In this document: positions 55,818 to 64,000 of the stretch, piece by piece
How the letters are laid out: every line of letters begins with the position of its first letter
Numbering within the stretch: position 1 is the stretch's first letter
IMG/VR virus record: IMGVR_UViG_3300045988_138996
Span: 1 to 64,000 of that record
Strand: one strand, 5' to 3'
Length of the DNA: 64,000 nt
From: a virus
Position numbers and translations under genes: made by a program
Notes under the pieces: generated by a model
Databases searched by the model: none
What the model saw: the letters and a program-made list of their open reading frames with translations, nothing else
What the model was told of the DNA's origin: nothing

Positions 55818-56969
55818 ATGATTGTAATTAAAAGAGACGGTCGCAAGGTTGATTTTGATAAATCTAAGATTATTGTTGCTATAAATAAGGCACAACATTC
55901 TTTACTTAAAGATAATGAAAAAATAGCTAATGCTATTGCAGAAGAAATAACGCAAGAAGCTCTTATGCTTCAAGAAATCGATATTAAACGTATCGAAAAA
56001 ATGGTATTCGATCTTTTGGTTAAACATAAACAAAAAGACGTAGCTCGTTCTTATGAAGGTTATCGTGCTGTACGAGAATATAGAAGAATTACTAATACTT
56101 CTGATAAAGATATTTTAGAATTAATTGCTGGTAGTAATAAAGAAACTATCAATGAGAATTCTAATAAGGATGCTTATATTATTCCGACTCAACGTGATTT
56201 AATGGCTGGTGAAATTTCTAAAGATATTGCTAGAAGAAAATTGATCCCGATTGATATTATGGAAGCGCACGATAAAGGAGTGCTGCATTTACATGATATC
56301 GACTATCAATTACAACCAATGAATAATTGTGGTCTTCCAGATTTTAAAGATATGCTTTCTAATGGTACTGTTATCAATAAGAAAAAAATCGAACCTCCAA
56401 AATCTTTTCAAGTAGCATGTACAGTACTCAGCCAGCTGTTCGCCGTCGTAGCAAGTTCTCAATATGGTGGCCAAACAGCAAATCATATTGAAGAAATATT
56501 AGCTCCATATTTAAGAAAGTCTAAACAAAAATATGAGAAAATATTTCAAAATGAAAAAAATAAAGAAACGTTAGTTGATTTAATGGTCAAGAAAGAATTA
56601 AAAGACGGAATTCAGACGTTGCAATATCAGATAAACACATTGATGACTTGCAATGGCCAAAGCCCTTTTCTGACTTTATTTATGCACTTTTTACCAGGTT
56701 CAGAGTACGAGGAAGAATGTGCTATGATCACAGAAGAAATTCTTCGTCAAAGAATTGAAGGAATGAAAGGTCCGGACGGTGTTACGATTAGTCCAACATT
56801 CCCTAAACTAGTTTATGCATTAGATGAACATAATGCTAAACCAGGTAGTAAATATTATTATTTAACTAAACTAGCTGCAGAATGTACAGCTAAAAGAATG
56901 ATGCCTGATTATGTATCGGCTAAAATTATGCGACAAGTAAAAGATAGCCAAGTATTTGGCCCAATGGGT
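55818..56969 (+). CDS. nrdD: anaerobic ribonucleoside-triphosphate reductase NrdD, exon 1
   Basis: ATP-cone MIVIKRDGRKVDFDKSKI; NrdD body; ends ..QVFGPMG, just before the conserved CRSFL. Confidence 0.9.
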
Positions 56970-57201
56970 TAACACATAACGGCCCATGTAAAACGATGTG
57001 AACTGTATCATAAAACAGGTGTCCCTTATGGGGCTAACGGTGAATCCTTAATGGCAATACCGTGCTAAGCGTATTATTACGACAGTGTAGAGACTATTGG
57101 TGATGAATGTAGCCAAGTAGAGTAGAGACGTGCTACTCGATGCGCATCGCATTTATTATTTAAATAAATGAAGAGATAGTCCAGCTTAATTAATTAAGTT
57201 G
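56970..57201 (+). ncRNA. ORF-less group I intron 1 in nrdD (232 nt)
   Basis: P1: exon AUGGGU pairs with intron GCCCAU (56982-87), with a G:U at the splice site. R/S-like cores GTAGAGACTAT (57086-96) and AGATAGTCC (57172-80). The intron ends in G57201. Confidence 0.8.
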
Positions 57202-58078
57202 TGTAGAAGTTTCCTATCAGTTTGGTATGATAAAGAAAATAATCCTATTATAGATGGACGCTTTAATAAAGGTGTTGTAACATTAAATCTCCCTCAATGT
57301 GCTATTGTTGCAGATGGAGATATTAACAAGTTTTGGAAATTATTAGATGAGCGTTTGGAATTATGTCATAAAGCTCTTAAGTTCAAAACGGAAAGACTAC
57401 TCGGTGTAAAAGCTTCTGTTGCTCCAACATTATGGATGTATGGTGCTTATGCTAGAAAAAATGCTGATGATATATTAGATGATTTAATGGTTGGTGGCTA
57501 TTCTACATTAAGTTTAGGCTATATTGGTTTATATGAAACTATTAAATTATTAACAGGCGAATCTAATACTAAACATCAAAATTTAGCATTAAAAATTACT
57601 CGATATATGGCAGATAAATGTGAAGAGTGGAATAATCAAGAAAATTATGGTTATTCTTTGTATAGCACTCCTGCCGAAAGTTTGTGCTATAGATTTGCTA
57701 AATTAGATAAAGAACAATTCGGTGAAATTAAAGATGTTACTGATAAAGGCTATTATACTAACTCGCATCACGTTGATGTGAGAGAAAATATTAACATATT
57801 TGATAAGATAGATTTTGAAGCGCCTTTCCAAGAAAATGCTACTGGTGGATTTATTGGTTATGGCGAAATTCCTAATATGACGAATAACATTGAAGCATTA
57901 GAAACTATTATTCAATATATTTATGACCATGCTATGTATTGGGAATTTAATACTAAACTTGACCATTGTATGAAATGTGGCTTTGATGGCGAAATTTTGC
58001 CTGATGGTCATGGTGATTGGATTTGTCCTAAATGCGGAAACCAAGATCATAATACATTAAAAGTTATTCGAAGAACGT
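57202..58078 (+). CDS. nrdD: NrdD, exon 2
   Basis: Begins CRSFLSVWYD..; contains the C-terminal zinc site CMKCG..CPKCG; ends ..VIRRT plus the first nt of the Cys codon. Confidence 0.9.
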
Positions 58079-58336
58079 AGACATACATGCGTTCTATAAA
58101 CAACCTATATGCGGGAAGTCCCTTAGAGCTTTAATTACTAAGCTATTGACAAAAGAAAATAGTGGCAAGAATAATTACCTTGGTATAGTAAAAAGATTAA
58201 AGATTGGGTAATCCGCAGGGAAGCACCGTATAGGTGAACCCTCAGAGACTACCATGGTTGGCAATTTATTGTATGGTATAGTCCAGGCCGTCTACATATG
58301 TAGAGTTAAAGTACTAGGAAACTAGCGGTATTGCGG
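58079..58336 (+). ncRNA. ORF-less group I intron 2 in nrdD (258 nt)
   Basis: P1: exon AGAACGU pairs perfectly with intron GCGTTCT (58089-95), with a G:U at the splice site. R/S-like cores TCAGAGACTAC (58251-61) and ATAGTCC (58287-93). The intron ends in G58336. Confidence 0.8.
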
Positions 58337-58410
58337 GTGGCTACCTCGGAGATAACTTCTGGAATGAAGGTCGTACTAAAGAAATTCAGTCCAGAGTTCT
58401 TCATATTTAA
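58337..58410 (+). CDS. nrdD: NrdD, exon 3 (glycyl-radical tail)
   Basis: Splicing gives RRT-C-GYLGDNFWNEGRTKEIQSRVLHI*, the canonical RxCGY glycyl radical motif. Confidence 0.85.
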
Positions 58411-58417
58411 TAATTAA

Positions 58418-58470
58418 TAGGCATAAAATAGTTCCTTTGATTTTTGGAAAGTATCTTTACTATTCGCCTA
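58418..58470 (+). repeat. structured repeat copy 1 (R1)
   Basis: TAGGC..GCCTA and AATAGT/ACTATT helices separated by an ATAA/C internal loop; conserved AGTTCCTTT. Confidence 0.65.
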
Positions 58471-58505
58471 TTGATTTTAATTTAATAATATAATATAATA
58501 ATTGT

Positions 58506-58564
58506 AAGGCATAAAAAAGTTCCTTTTATAATATTGGATGAAGAATAACTTTACTTTTCGCCTT
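58506..58564 (+). repeat. structured repeat copy 2 (R2)
   Basis: AAGGC..GCCTT and AAAAGT/ACTTTT helices with the same ATAA/C internal loop. Confidence 0.65.
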
Positions 58565-58575
58565 ATAATATAAAA

Positions 58576-58637
58576 TCTAGACATAAGGAAGTTCCTTTTA
58601 AAAAGACTGATTATTTTTTTGTTACTTCTCGTCTAGA
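58576..58637 (+). repeat. structured repeat copy 3 (R3)
   Basis: TCTAGAC..GTCTAGA and GGAAGT/ACTTCT helices with the same ATAA/C internal loop. Confidence 0.65.
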
Positions 58638-58648
58638 TATTGCTTATT

Positions 58649-58685
58649 AAGGCTACGTATATTTTGTACGTAGCCTTTTATTATT
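58649..58685 (+). terminator. intrinsic terminator after the repeat triplet
   Basis: GGCTACGTA / TACGTAGCC 9-bp stem followed by TTTTATTATTTT. Confidence 0.7.
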
Positions 58686-58698
58686 TTAAGAAAGGATA

Positions 58699-60594
58699 AT
58701 GATCATGGATGATATTCTAGAACTACAGAAATCCGTTCTATATTTATTTAAATCTGTATTGCCTATCGAAACAAAAGCTAAGTGTAACTATTTAGATTTG
58801 TTATTAGAAGGCGTGTATATTATGCCGGAAGCCAGACAATATCTTGATGAAAGATTAAAAAGCTTCTGTACTAGAGAATTTGGTAATAATGTAGTTCATT
58901 ATAATAGAGCGACATTGTTCGAATCATTTAAAGATGTTGATCGAGCAAATGTCGAACGATTATTAGTCGACCAGTTAGATCATTATCTTTCTGTATATAC
59001 GCAAACAGAAGAAACGTCTAGCAAGCCTATTAACAGTTCTTTAGTATACGTTCCAGTTAAAAGTGAAACATATGAATGTGAACCTTTTATCTTTAATACA
59101 ACAGTGATCTCTATTATTACTGAAGAAGAATTAATTAAGCGCGCTACAGATTTGCTTTCTTCTGGTATTGCGTTAAATTCAGCTACACAAGAAAGTTTAA
59201 TTAATATCTTTAAAGCTTATAAAGATAAGTTCGATATTAATACTATTAAAAATAAAGAATTCTTAATGTATGTTTGTAAAGAATTAAATTTAGTACCTAA
59301 GAAAGCTGAACAATTATTACGTTATTGTGTATATAGAATGACATCTAGTCCAATGATTATTAATAGTGCTAGAGAACGCAAACATTTATATACATTAGTA
59401 TATTCTTATACAACTACTATTAATAGAATATTAAGGCAATATGTCGAAGAAAATGGCGTCGAACCTATTGCTCGACAATTTAATAGATATCGTAAGTTAT
59501 GGATTATTTTAAAACATGCTGGTAAAGATGCTGCTACTATTATTAATAGAGCTAGAAAATTATCCAACAAGTTGAATTGTCCTCATAAACTTCAAGTATT
59601 AGATCGTATTAACGATAAAAATATCGATATCGAAGACGTTAAGAAAGAACTTGAAAAAGTTACGATATTTAAAAAGTTTTCTTTATTGAATGCTATTTAT
59701 AACGCTAAGTCTAATGATAAGATGTATATTATTCGTAATGGTCATACATATTCTACGACTAAAGAACATACGTCAAAAGCATCGTTTAAAGTTAAGAATT
59801 TAATCTTTAATTCTATTAAAAAAGATATCGGTAAGAATATTAAAGGTAAACGTTTCTATATTCCAGAAGGAATTATGTATGCGGTACCGACAAGTCAAAA
59901 GAATTTTATCGATAATATTCCGATATATACTCGATATAAAATGGATAAGAATTCTATTATCGGTATTCATTGGACAAATTCTGAAGATGGACGTGTCGAC
60001 TTAGATTTACATTATACATCTAAGAATATCCATATTGGTTGGAATAGTCGTTTTGATTCTAAAGAAAATATTCTTTATACTGGTGACTTAACTGATGCAC
60101 CAACCCCTAAAGGTGCTACCGAAGCTTTTTATATTAAAGATACTTTAAAAAATGACTTCGGTATGATTAGTGTTAATAATTATTCTGGAAATCCAGGCTT
60201 GTTCGAACTATTTATCGGCGCCGATCCTGATAAAAAAATCTATGATCGTAACGGTATTATAAATGCTGAAAATTTAGCATTTAAATTCACTGGATTATCT
60301 ATGAATGACGATAATGAAAAATGCTTTGGCATTATTGATTCACAAGAAAATTCTCGTGAATTTATTTTTGTCGATAGTTCATCTGGATTTGATCGAGTAC
60401 CTGCATATAGCGCTCAAAAAGAAGTTATGCTTAGCGCAATTAGATCGATGGCTAAAAATCGATTATATCTTAATGAATTAATCGAAAAGCTTGGCGGCGA
60501 AGTTGTATTAGATAAAGAATCGGCTGACTATGATTTATCAATTAATAATCTTGTCAAAGATTCATTTAATTTCTTGTTTAAGGCTGATGTTTAA
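58699..60594 (+). CDS. large hypothetical protein with TerD-like C-terminal region
   Basis: IGIHWTN..GRVDLDLHYT..IGWNS..YTGDLTDAP..GATEAFYI resembles the TerD layout (GW..DLD..GD...E). Confidence 0.4.
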   Translation: MIMDDILELQKSVLYLFKSVLPIETKAKCNYLDLLLEGVYIMPEARQYLDERLKSFCTREFGNNVVHYNRATLFESFKDVDRANVERLLVDQLDHYLSVYTQTEETSSKPINSSLVYVPVKSETYECEPFIFNTTVISIITEEELIKRATDLLSSGIALNSATQESLINIFKAYKDKFDINTIKNKEFLMYVCKELNLVPKKAEQLLRYCVYRMTSSPMIINSARERKHLYTLVYSYTTTINRILRQYVEENGVEPIARQFNRYRKLWIILKHAGKDAATIINRARKLSNKLNCPHKLQVLDRINDKNIDIEDVKKELEKVTIFKKFSLLNAIYNAKSNDKMYIIRNGHTYSTTKEHTSKASFKVKNLIFNSIKKDIGKNIKGKRFYIPEGIMYAVPTSQKNFIDNIPIYTRYKMDKNSIIGIHWTNSEDGRVDLDLHYTSKNIHIGWNSRFDSKENILYTGDLTDAPTPKGATEAFYIKDTLKNDFGMISVNNYSGNPGLFELFIGADPDKKIYDRNGIINAENLAFKFTGLSMNDDNEKCFGIIDSQENSREFIFVDSSSGFDRVPAYSAQKEVMLSAIRSMAKNRLYLNELIEKLGGEVVLDKESADYDLSINNLVKDSFNFLFKADV

Positions 60595-60608
60595 TCATCA
60601 GCCTTTTA
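60581..60608 (+). terminator. intrinsic terminator
   Basis: AGGCTGATG-TTTAAT-CATCAGCCT followed by TTT. Confidence 0.6.
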
Positions 60609-60612
60609 CTAT

Positions 60613-60927
60613 ATGGAGGAACTATTGGATACAAGAGAAGAATTAAATAAAACTGTATCTGAAATGAATCATATTATTAAAGACATAATTAAAGTTGCTA
60701 ACATGTCTAATCAAGAAGAAAAATCTAAGATTTCAATTTTACAACAATTGTTAAATAAAACTGAAGATTTAATAGATGTTGTTAAAACTCCTCAAAAAGA
60801 TTTAAATGTAATTCTTGATGAGCAGCGTCGATGGATTCTATTAGATATGGAAGATAGAATTCGTAGATCTGAACTAGAGATGTTAGATAGAATAAAGTAT
60901 TTATTAGAACGTGAAAGGAATCATTAA
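60613..60927 (+). CDS. hypothetical coiled-coil protein
   Basis: ORF track. Confidence 0.4.
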   Translation: MEELLDTREELNKTVSEMNHIIKDIIKVANMSNQEEKSKISILQQLLNKTEDLIDVVKTPQKDLNVILDEQRRWILLDMEDRIRRSELEMLDRIKYLLERERNH

Positions 60928-61616
60928 TGAGCTTTAATAATAAACGAGCAAAACTTATTGTTCTTGATGGTGGCGATGGTTGTGGTAAAAATACACAGAC
61001 ATTAAAACTTGTTGAACGATTACAAGCTGAAGGTAAAAAAGTTAAATATTTAACATTTCCTGATTACAACAAAGATACGTCTATATTTGTTAAAAAATAT
61101 CTTAACGGTGATTTTGGTGATCGAGAATCTGTTAAACCTCAAGTCGCTTCATTATTCTTTGCATTAGATCGATATGCAACGATTCAAGAATGGAAATCTA
61201 TTTTTGAAGATCCTGAAATGATTGTAGTTTGTGATCGATATGTAACGTCTAATATGTTATATCAAATGGTTCGTTATGAAAATAATGATCAACAATTAGC
61301 ATTTTTACGTTGGTTAGAAACAACTGAATATGATTTATTAGATTTACCGGCACCAGATATCGTATTATTTTTAACATTACCATTATATGTCAGAAAAGAT
61401 ATGTTATTAAATCGTTTAGGCAAAACTGGTGGTAGTACTGGTGATATCCATGAAAAAGACATGGATTATTTGCGACAAATTGACGAAGCGCAATATAAAT
61501 TAATTAATAAAATGAATATGGTTCAGATCGATTGTTCTAATGAAGATACAGTTAAATCAATCGATGAAATTCATAAATTAATTTATAATACATTGCAAGA
61601 GAAAGGAATGATCTGA
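60927..61616 (+). CDS. tmk: thymidylate kinase
   Basis: LIVLDGGDGCGKNTQ, FALDRY, CDRYVTSN. Confidence 0.85.
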   Translation: MSFNNKRAKLIVLDGGDGCGKNTQTLKLVERLQAEGKKVKYLTFPDYNKDTSIFVKKYLNGDFGDRESVKPQVASLFFALDRYATIQEWKSIFEDPEMIVVCDRYVTSNMLYQMVRYENNDQQLAFLRWLETTEYDLLDLPAPDIVLFLTLPLYVRKDMLLNRLGKTGGSTGDIHEKDMDYLRQIDEAQYKLINKMNMVQIDCSNEDTVKSIDEIHKLIYNTLQEKGMI

Positions 61617-61784
61617 ATGCCAGAAAAAGTATATATCGTTATGGTCGATGGTCAAATCGAAGCACTATATTATAATGAAGCTAATGCTCGAGAAGATATC
61701 GAAGAACGTATCGAAGAAGGATATGCTCCTGAAGACGTAGCTATTCGAACTTGTTACATTAATGATTTTAACGAGGAAGAATAA
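61617..61784 (+). CDS. small acidic hypothetical ORF (55 aa)
   Basis: Hand translation MPEKVYIVMVDGQIEALYYNEANARED..; fills the gap exactly and overlaps the tmk stop. Confidence 0.35.
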   Translation: MPEKVYIVMVDGQIEALYYNEANAREDIEERIEEGYAPEDVAIRTCYINDFNEEE

Positions 61785-61786
61785 CT

Positions 61787-62119
61787 ATGATCGATAAAAA
61801 TGATCCTTTATACAATCAAAAAATATCGATAGCGTTAGAATTAAATCGTTTAGAAAAAGAAGTATCTGGTTATGCACCAGATGATGATTATTTAGATATT
61901 ATGAATGATTTAGAAATTTCAATCGATAATCTTTATAAGAAGGTAAACATGATCGAAACCATTTATGCTTTATTAGCTTATTCTGATGATTTTGATTCTC
62001 CATTAATTGGTGTATATGAATCATTAGATAAAGCTGAAGAAAAGCGTCAAGAATATATCGATAACAATATTATTAGCGAAGATATGATCTTTGTCGAAGT
62101 TCAACATATTATTAAGTAG
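61787..62119 (+). CDS. hypothetical protein
   Basis: ORF track. Confidence 0.4.
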   Translation: MIDKNDPLYNQKISIALELNRLEKEVSGYAPDDDYLDIMNDLEISIDNLYKKVNMIETIYALLAYSDDFDSPLIGVYESLDKAEEKRQEYIDNNIISEDMIFVEVQHIIK

Positions 62120-62127
62120 GTGCTATT

Positions 62128-62460
62128 ATGAAAGTATTTTTATCTCAACCGATGCGTGGTAAAACACATGAAGAAATTCTAAGTAGTATTCGTGAAGTTC
62201 AAGAATTTTTAACTAAATATCTTGACTCTACGAATATTGAAATTATCGAAAGTTATTCTCCTCGTAATAAAGATAAAGAACCATTAGTAGCACTTGGCGA
62301 TTCTATTAAAGACTTAGCAAAAGCAGATTTAGCAGTATTCTTAAATGATTGGAATCAATATCGCGGTTGTATTATTGAGCATCATACAGCTAAGATTTAT
62401 GAAATTCCTCATATTTCTATTAAAAGTGAAAATGGTTTATTGAAAGTAGTTGATAAATAA
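62128..62460 (+). CDS. hypothetical protein, possibly DUF4406 / nucleoside deoxyribosyltransferase-like
   Basis: MKVFLSQPMRGKT N-terminus; weak. Confidence 0.3.
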   Translation: MKVFLSQPMRGKTHEEILSSIREVQEFLTKYLDSTNIEIIESYSPRNKDKEPLVALGDSIKDLAKADLAVFLNDWNQYRGCIIEHHTAKIYEIPHISIKSENGLLKVVDK

Positions 62461-62972
62461 TGAACTACGGTCAAATTCGTGAATACGATATTGCTAATGG
62501 TGTCGGCATTCGTGCTACGTTATTCGTAACTGGATGCTCTCACCATTGTCATAATTGTTTTAATCCAGAATATTGGAGTCATGAAGCTGGTCAACTATTT
62601 GATGATGTGGCAGCACATAGACTCGTTGATTATTTAAAGCATCCACAAGTATCTGGTCTAACTATTCTTGGCGGAGAACCTTTTGAAAATGTCGATGGTC
62701 TTGTTAATTTTATTAAGACATATATAAAAGGACAAGAATGGTTTAACAATAAAGATATTTGGTGTTATTCTGGATATACACTCGATCAAATTATCGAAGA
62801 TCCTAATAAGGTTAAATTATTAGAATTAGTCGACGTATTGGTCGATGGTAAATTTGTCGAAGAGTTAAAAGATCCGTCTTTAAAATTCAGAGGATCATCT
62901 AATCAAAACATTTATAAAATTAAACATGTAGATAATCATATATGTGCAGATTTTTATTCTGAATTAATGTGA
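62460..62972 (+). CDS. nrdG: anaerobic RNR activating protein NrdG (radical SAM)
   Basis: ANGVGIRATLFVTGCSHHCHNCFNPEYW (C-x3-C-x2-C), LTILGGEP. Confidence 0.9.
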   Translation: MNYGQIREYDIANGVGIRATLFVTGCSHHCHNCFNPEYWSHEAGQLFDDVAAHRLVDYLKHPQVSGLTILGGEPFENVDGLVNFIKTYIKGQEWFNNKDIWCYSGYTLDQIIEDPNKVKLLELVDVLVDGKFVEELKDPSLKFRGSSNQNIYKIKHVDNHICADFYSELM

Positions 62973-62983
62973 GGTATTGTATT

Positions 62984-63157
62984 ATGGGACTTAAAGCAGC
63001 ATTTAAAAAAGCGTGTAATCATGTTAACGATATGTATCACGATTATACATTAACTCCAAAAAAAGATTGGGAAATTCAAAAGCTTAAACGTCAACTTGAA
63101 GAGGAAAAGGCTAAGAATCGATTCCCTCATGTATCTATTGCCAAAAAATCACGGTAA
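62984..63157 (+). CDS. small hypothetical protein
   Basis: ORF track 62969..; ATG 62984 follows GAGG. Confidence 0.35.
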   Translation: MGLKAAFKKACNHVNDMYHDYTLTPKKDWEIQKLKRQLEEEKAKNRFPHVSIAKKSR

Positions 63158-63250
63158 TATTATAATACTAGTGTCCGGTATAATGAGTTGTACCGAAGAA
63201 ATAGCGGTGAGCCCACGGACACTAGTTTTAATAACGAAAGGATATTCACT

Positions 63251-63460
63251 ATGGACAATGCATTAGAAATTATTACGAAAAACTTTGAAGATATTATTAC
63301 ATCTGATAAAGGACACTGTACTAGAGTTATTGCTAGTAAGGATAATAAAACTTGGTACTTTGATATTTATCAAGATATGGTATTAGTATTCGATGGTATT
63401 AATGAACAAATCGAATTAAATACCGAAGAAGAATTAAAAAATTATATTGCAGATTGCTAA
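63251..63460 (+). CDS. hypothetical protein
   Basis: ORF track 63188..; the upstream part is a hairpin, and ATG 63251 follows AAAGGA. Confidence 0.4.
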   Translation: MDNALEIITKNFEDIITSDKGHCTRVIASKDNKTWYFDIYQDMVLVFDGINEQIELNTEEELKNYIADC

Positions 63461-63461
63461 T

Positions 63462-63623
63462 ATGAATACATATTTAACAGCGTTATCAATCGCTGTCTTT
63501 TTAACAGAATTAATCAATCGATTATTCTTTCATTTTGAAACCATCTATACAATTCTATATTGTTTTATTATAGTAACGTTATTTTATATAACGTTGTTAG
63601 TATATTTCAAATACAGGAAATAA
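63462..63623 (+). CDS. small membrane ORF (53 aa)
   Basis: Hand translation MNTYLTALSIAVFLTELINRLFF.. Confidence 0.3.
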   Translation: MNTYLTALSIAVFLTELINRLFFHFETIYTILYCFIIVTLFYITLLVYFKYRK

Positions 63624-63624
63624 A

Positions 63625-63780
63625 ATGGAATCACGTATTATTCCTGGCGAAATCCTAATTTTTTCTAAAAGGGCTGTTGTATTTGTAGAACATGTCGATA
63701 CCGAAAGGATTAAAGTTCAAGATATTAACAATAAACAAGAGAAAATAGTATTAGCCAAGGATTGCAAAAAGCAGGCTTAA
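63625..63780 (+). CDS. small hypothetical ORF (51 aa)
   Basis: Hand translation MESRIIPGEILIFSKRAVVFVEHVD.. Confidence 0.3.
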   Translation: MESRIIPGEILIFSKRAVVFVEHVDTERIKVQDINNKQEKIVLAKDCKKQA

Positions 63781-63799
63781 AATCTTTAAGCTGCTTATT

Positions 63800-63848
63800 G
63801 GAGGTGAGCTGTCCCCCTATCGGGGGCCACTCACCTCTTTTTTTCTTT
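63800..63848 (+). terminator. strong intrinsic terminator
   Basis: GAGGTGAG..CTCACCTC outer and CCCCC-TATC-GGGGG inner helices, followed by T8. Confidence 0.75.
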
Positions 63849-63913
63849 CTATTTTTCTGTTATAATTAATACATATAGTTATATTTTTGTATTTCTTTCT
63901 CGAGGATTAGTAA

Positions 63914-64000
63914 ATGAAAAAATATGTGATTTATCTCCCAAACGAAATTATTAATTTTTGTGAAGACCCTGGCGATAGTATTGTGTATTCAGTACTTGAT
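63914..64000 (+). CDS. hypothetical protein, 3'-truncated by the window end
   Basis: ATG 63914 opens MKKYVIYLPNEIINFCEDPGDS.. and stays open to the edge. Confidence 0.3.
   Translation, partial: MKKYVIYLPNEIINFCEDPGDSIVYSVLD

Noticed and set aside
63161-63231. Purine-riboswitch-like start (stem followed by TATAAT junction)
   Set aside because: The interior is only ~38 nt and lacks the two hairpins with complementary loops and the conserved junction nucleotides of purine riboswitches.
1-64000. CRISPR arrays, rRNA genes, integrase or transposase (TnpA) genes
   Set aside because: I saw no regularly spaced direct repeats, no rRNA-like conserved blocks and no recombinase motifs anywhere in the window.

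Overview
AT-rich, tightly packed 64-kb segment that is almost entirely + strand. It reads as the replication, recombination and nucleotide-metabolism region of a large tailed phage. Recognisable genes: ClpP and ClpX, SSB, ThyA, DHFR, a RecA-like recombinase, a Rad52-like annealing protein, a UvrD-like helicase, two SNF2/SF2 helicases, a DnaG-type primase, a DnaE-like polymerase without a PHP domain, anaerobic RNR NrdD plus NrdG, Tmk, a Gmk-like kinase, HU, a Pnkp-like RNA repair enzyme, a glucosaminidase+M23 lysin, a macro-domain protein, five tRNAs plus one aberrant tRNA-like element, and two tandem trimeric autotransporter adhesins. Selfish elements: three ORF-less group I introns (one in clpX, two in nrdD; I derived the splice sites by hand), an IscB nuclease with an upstream omega/HEARO-type RNA region, and a solo TnpB. 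The best candidate for something undescribed is the ~2-kb ORF-free block at 44272-46257. Its first ~0.65 kb is bounded by a promoter and a terminator, is G+C-enriched and packed with helices, and looks like a giant structured phage ncRNA, either GOLLD/ROOL-like or new. A second novel signal is three tandem hairpin repeats with compensatory base changes downstream of nrdD (58418-58637). Host inference, low confidence: a strictly anaerobic diderm, possibly a Negativicute, based on NrdDG and on adhesins that carry a post-anchor coiled coil. All calls come from reading the sequence and ORF track by eye. No database search was run.
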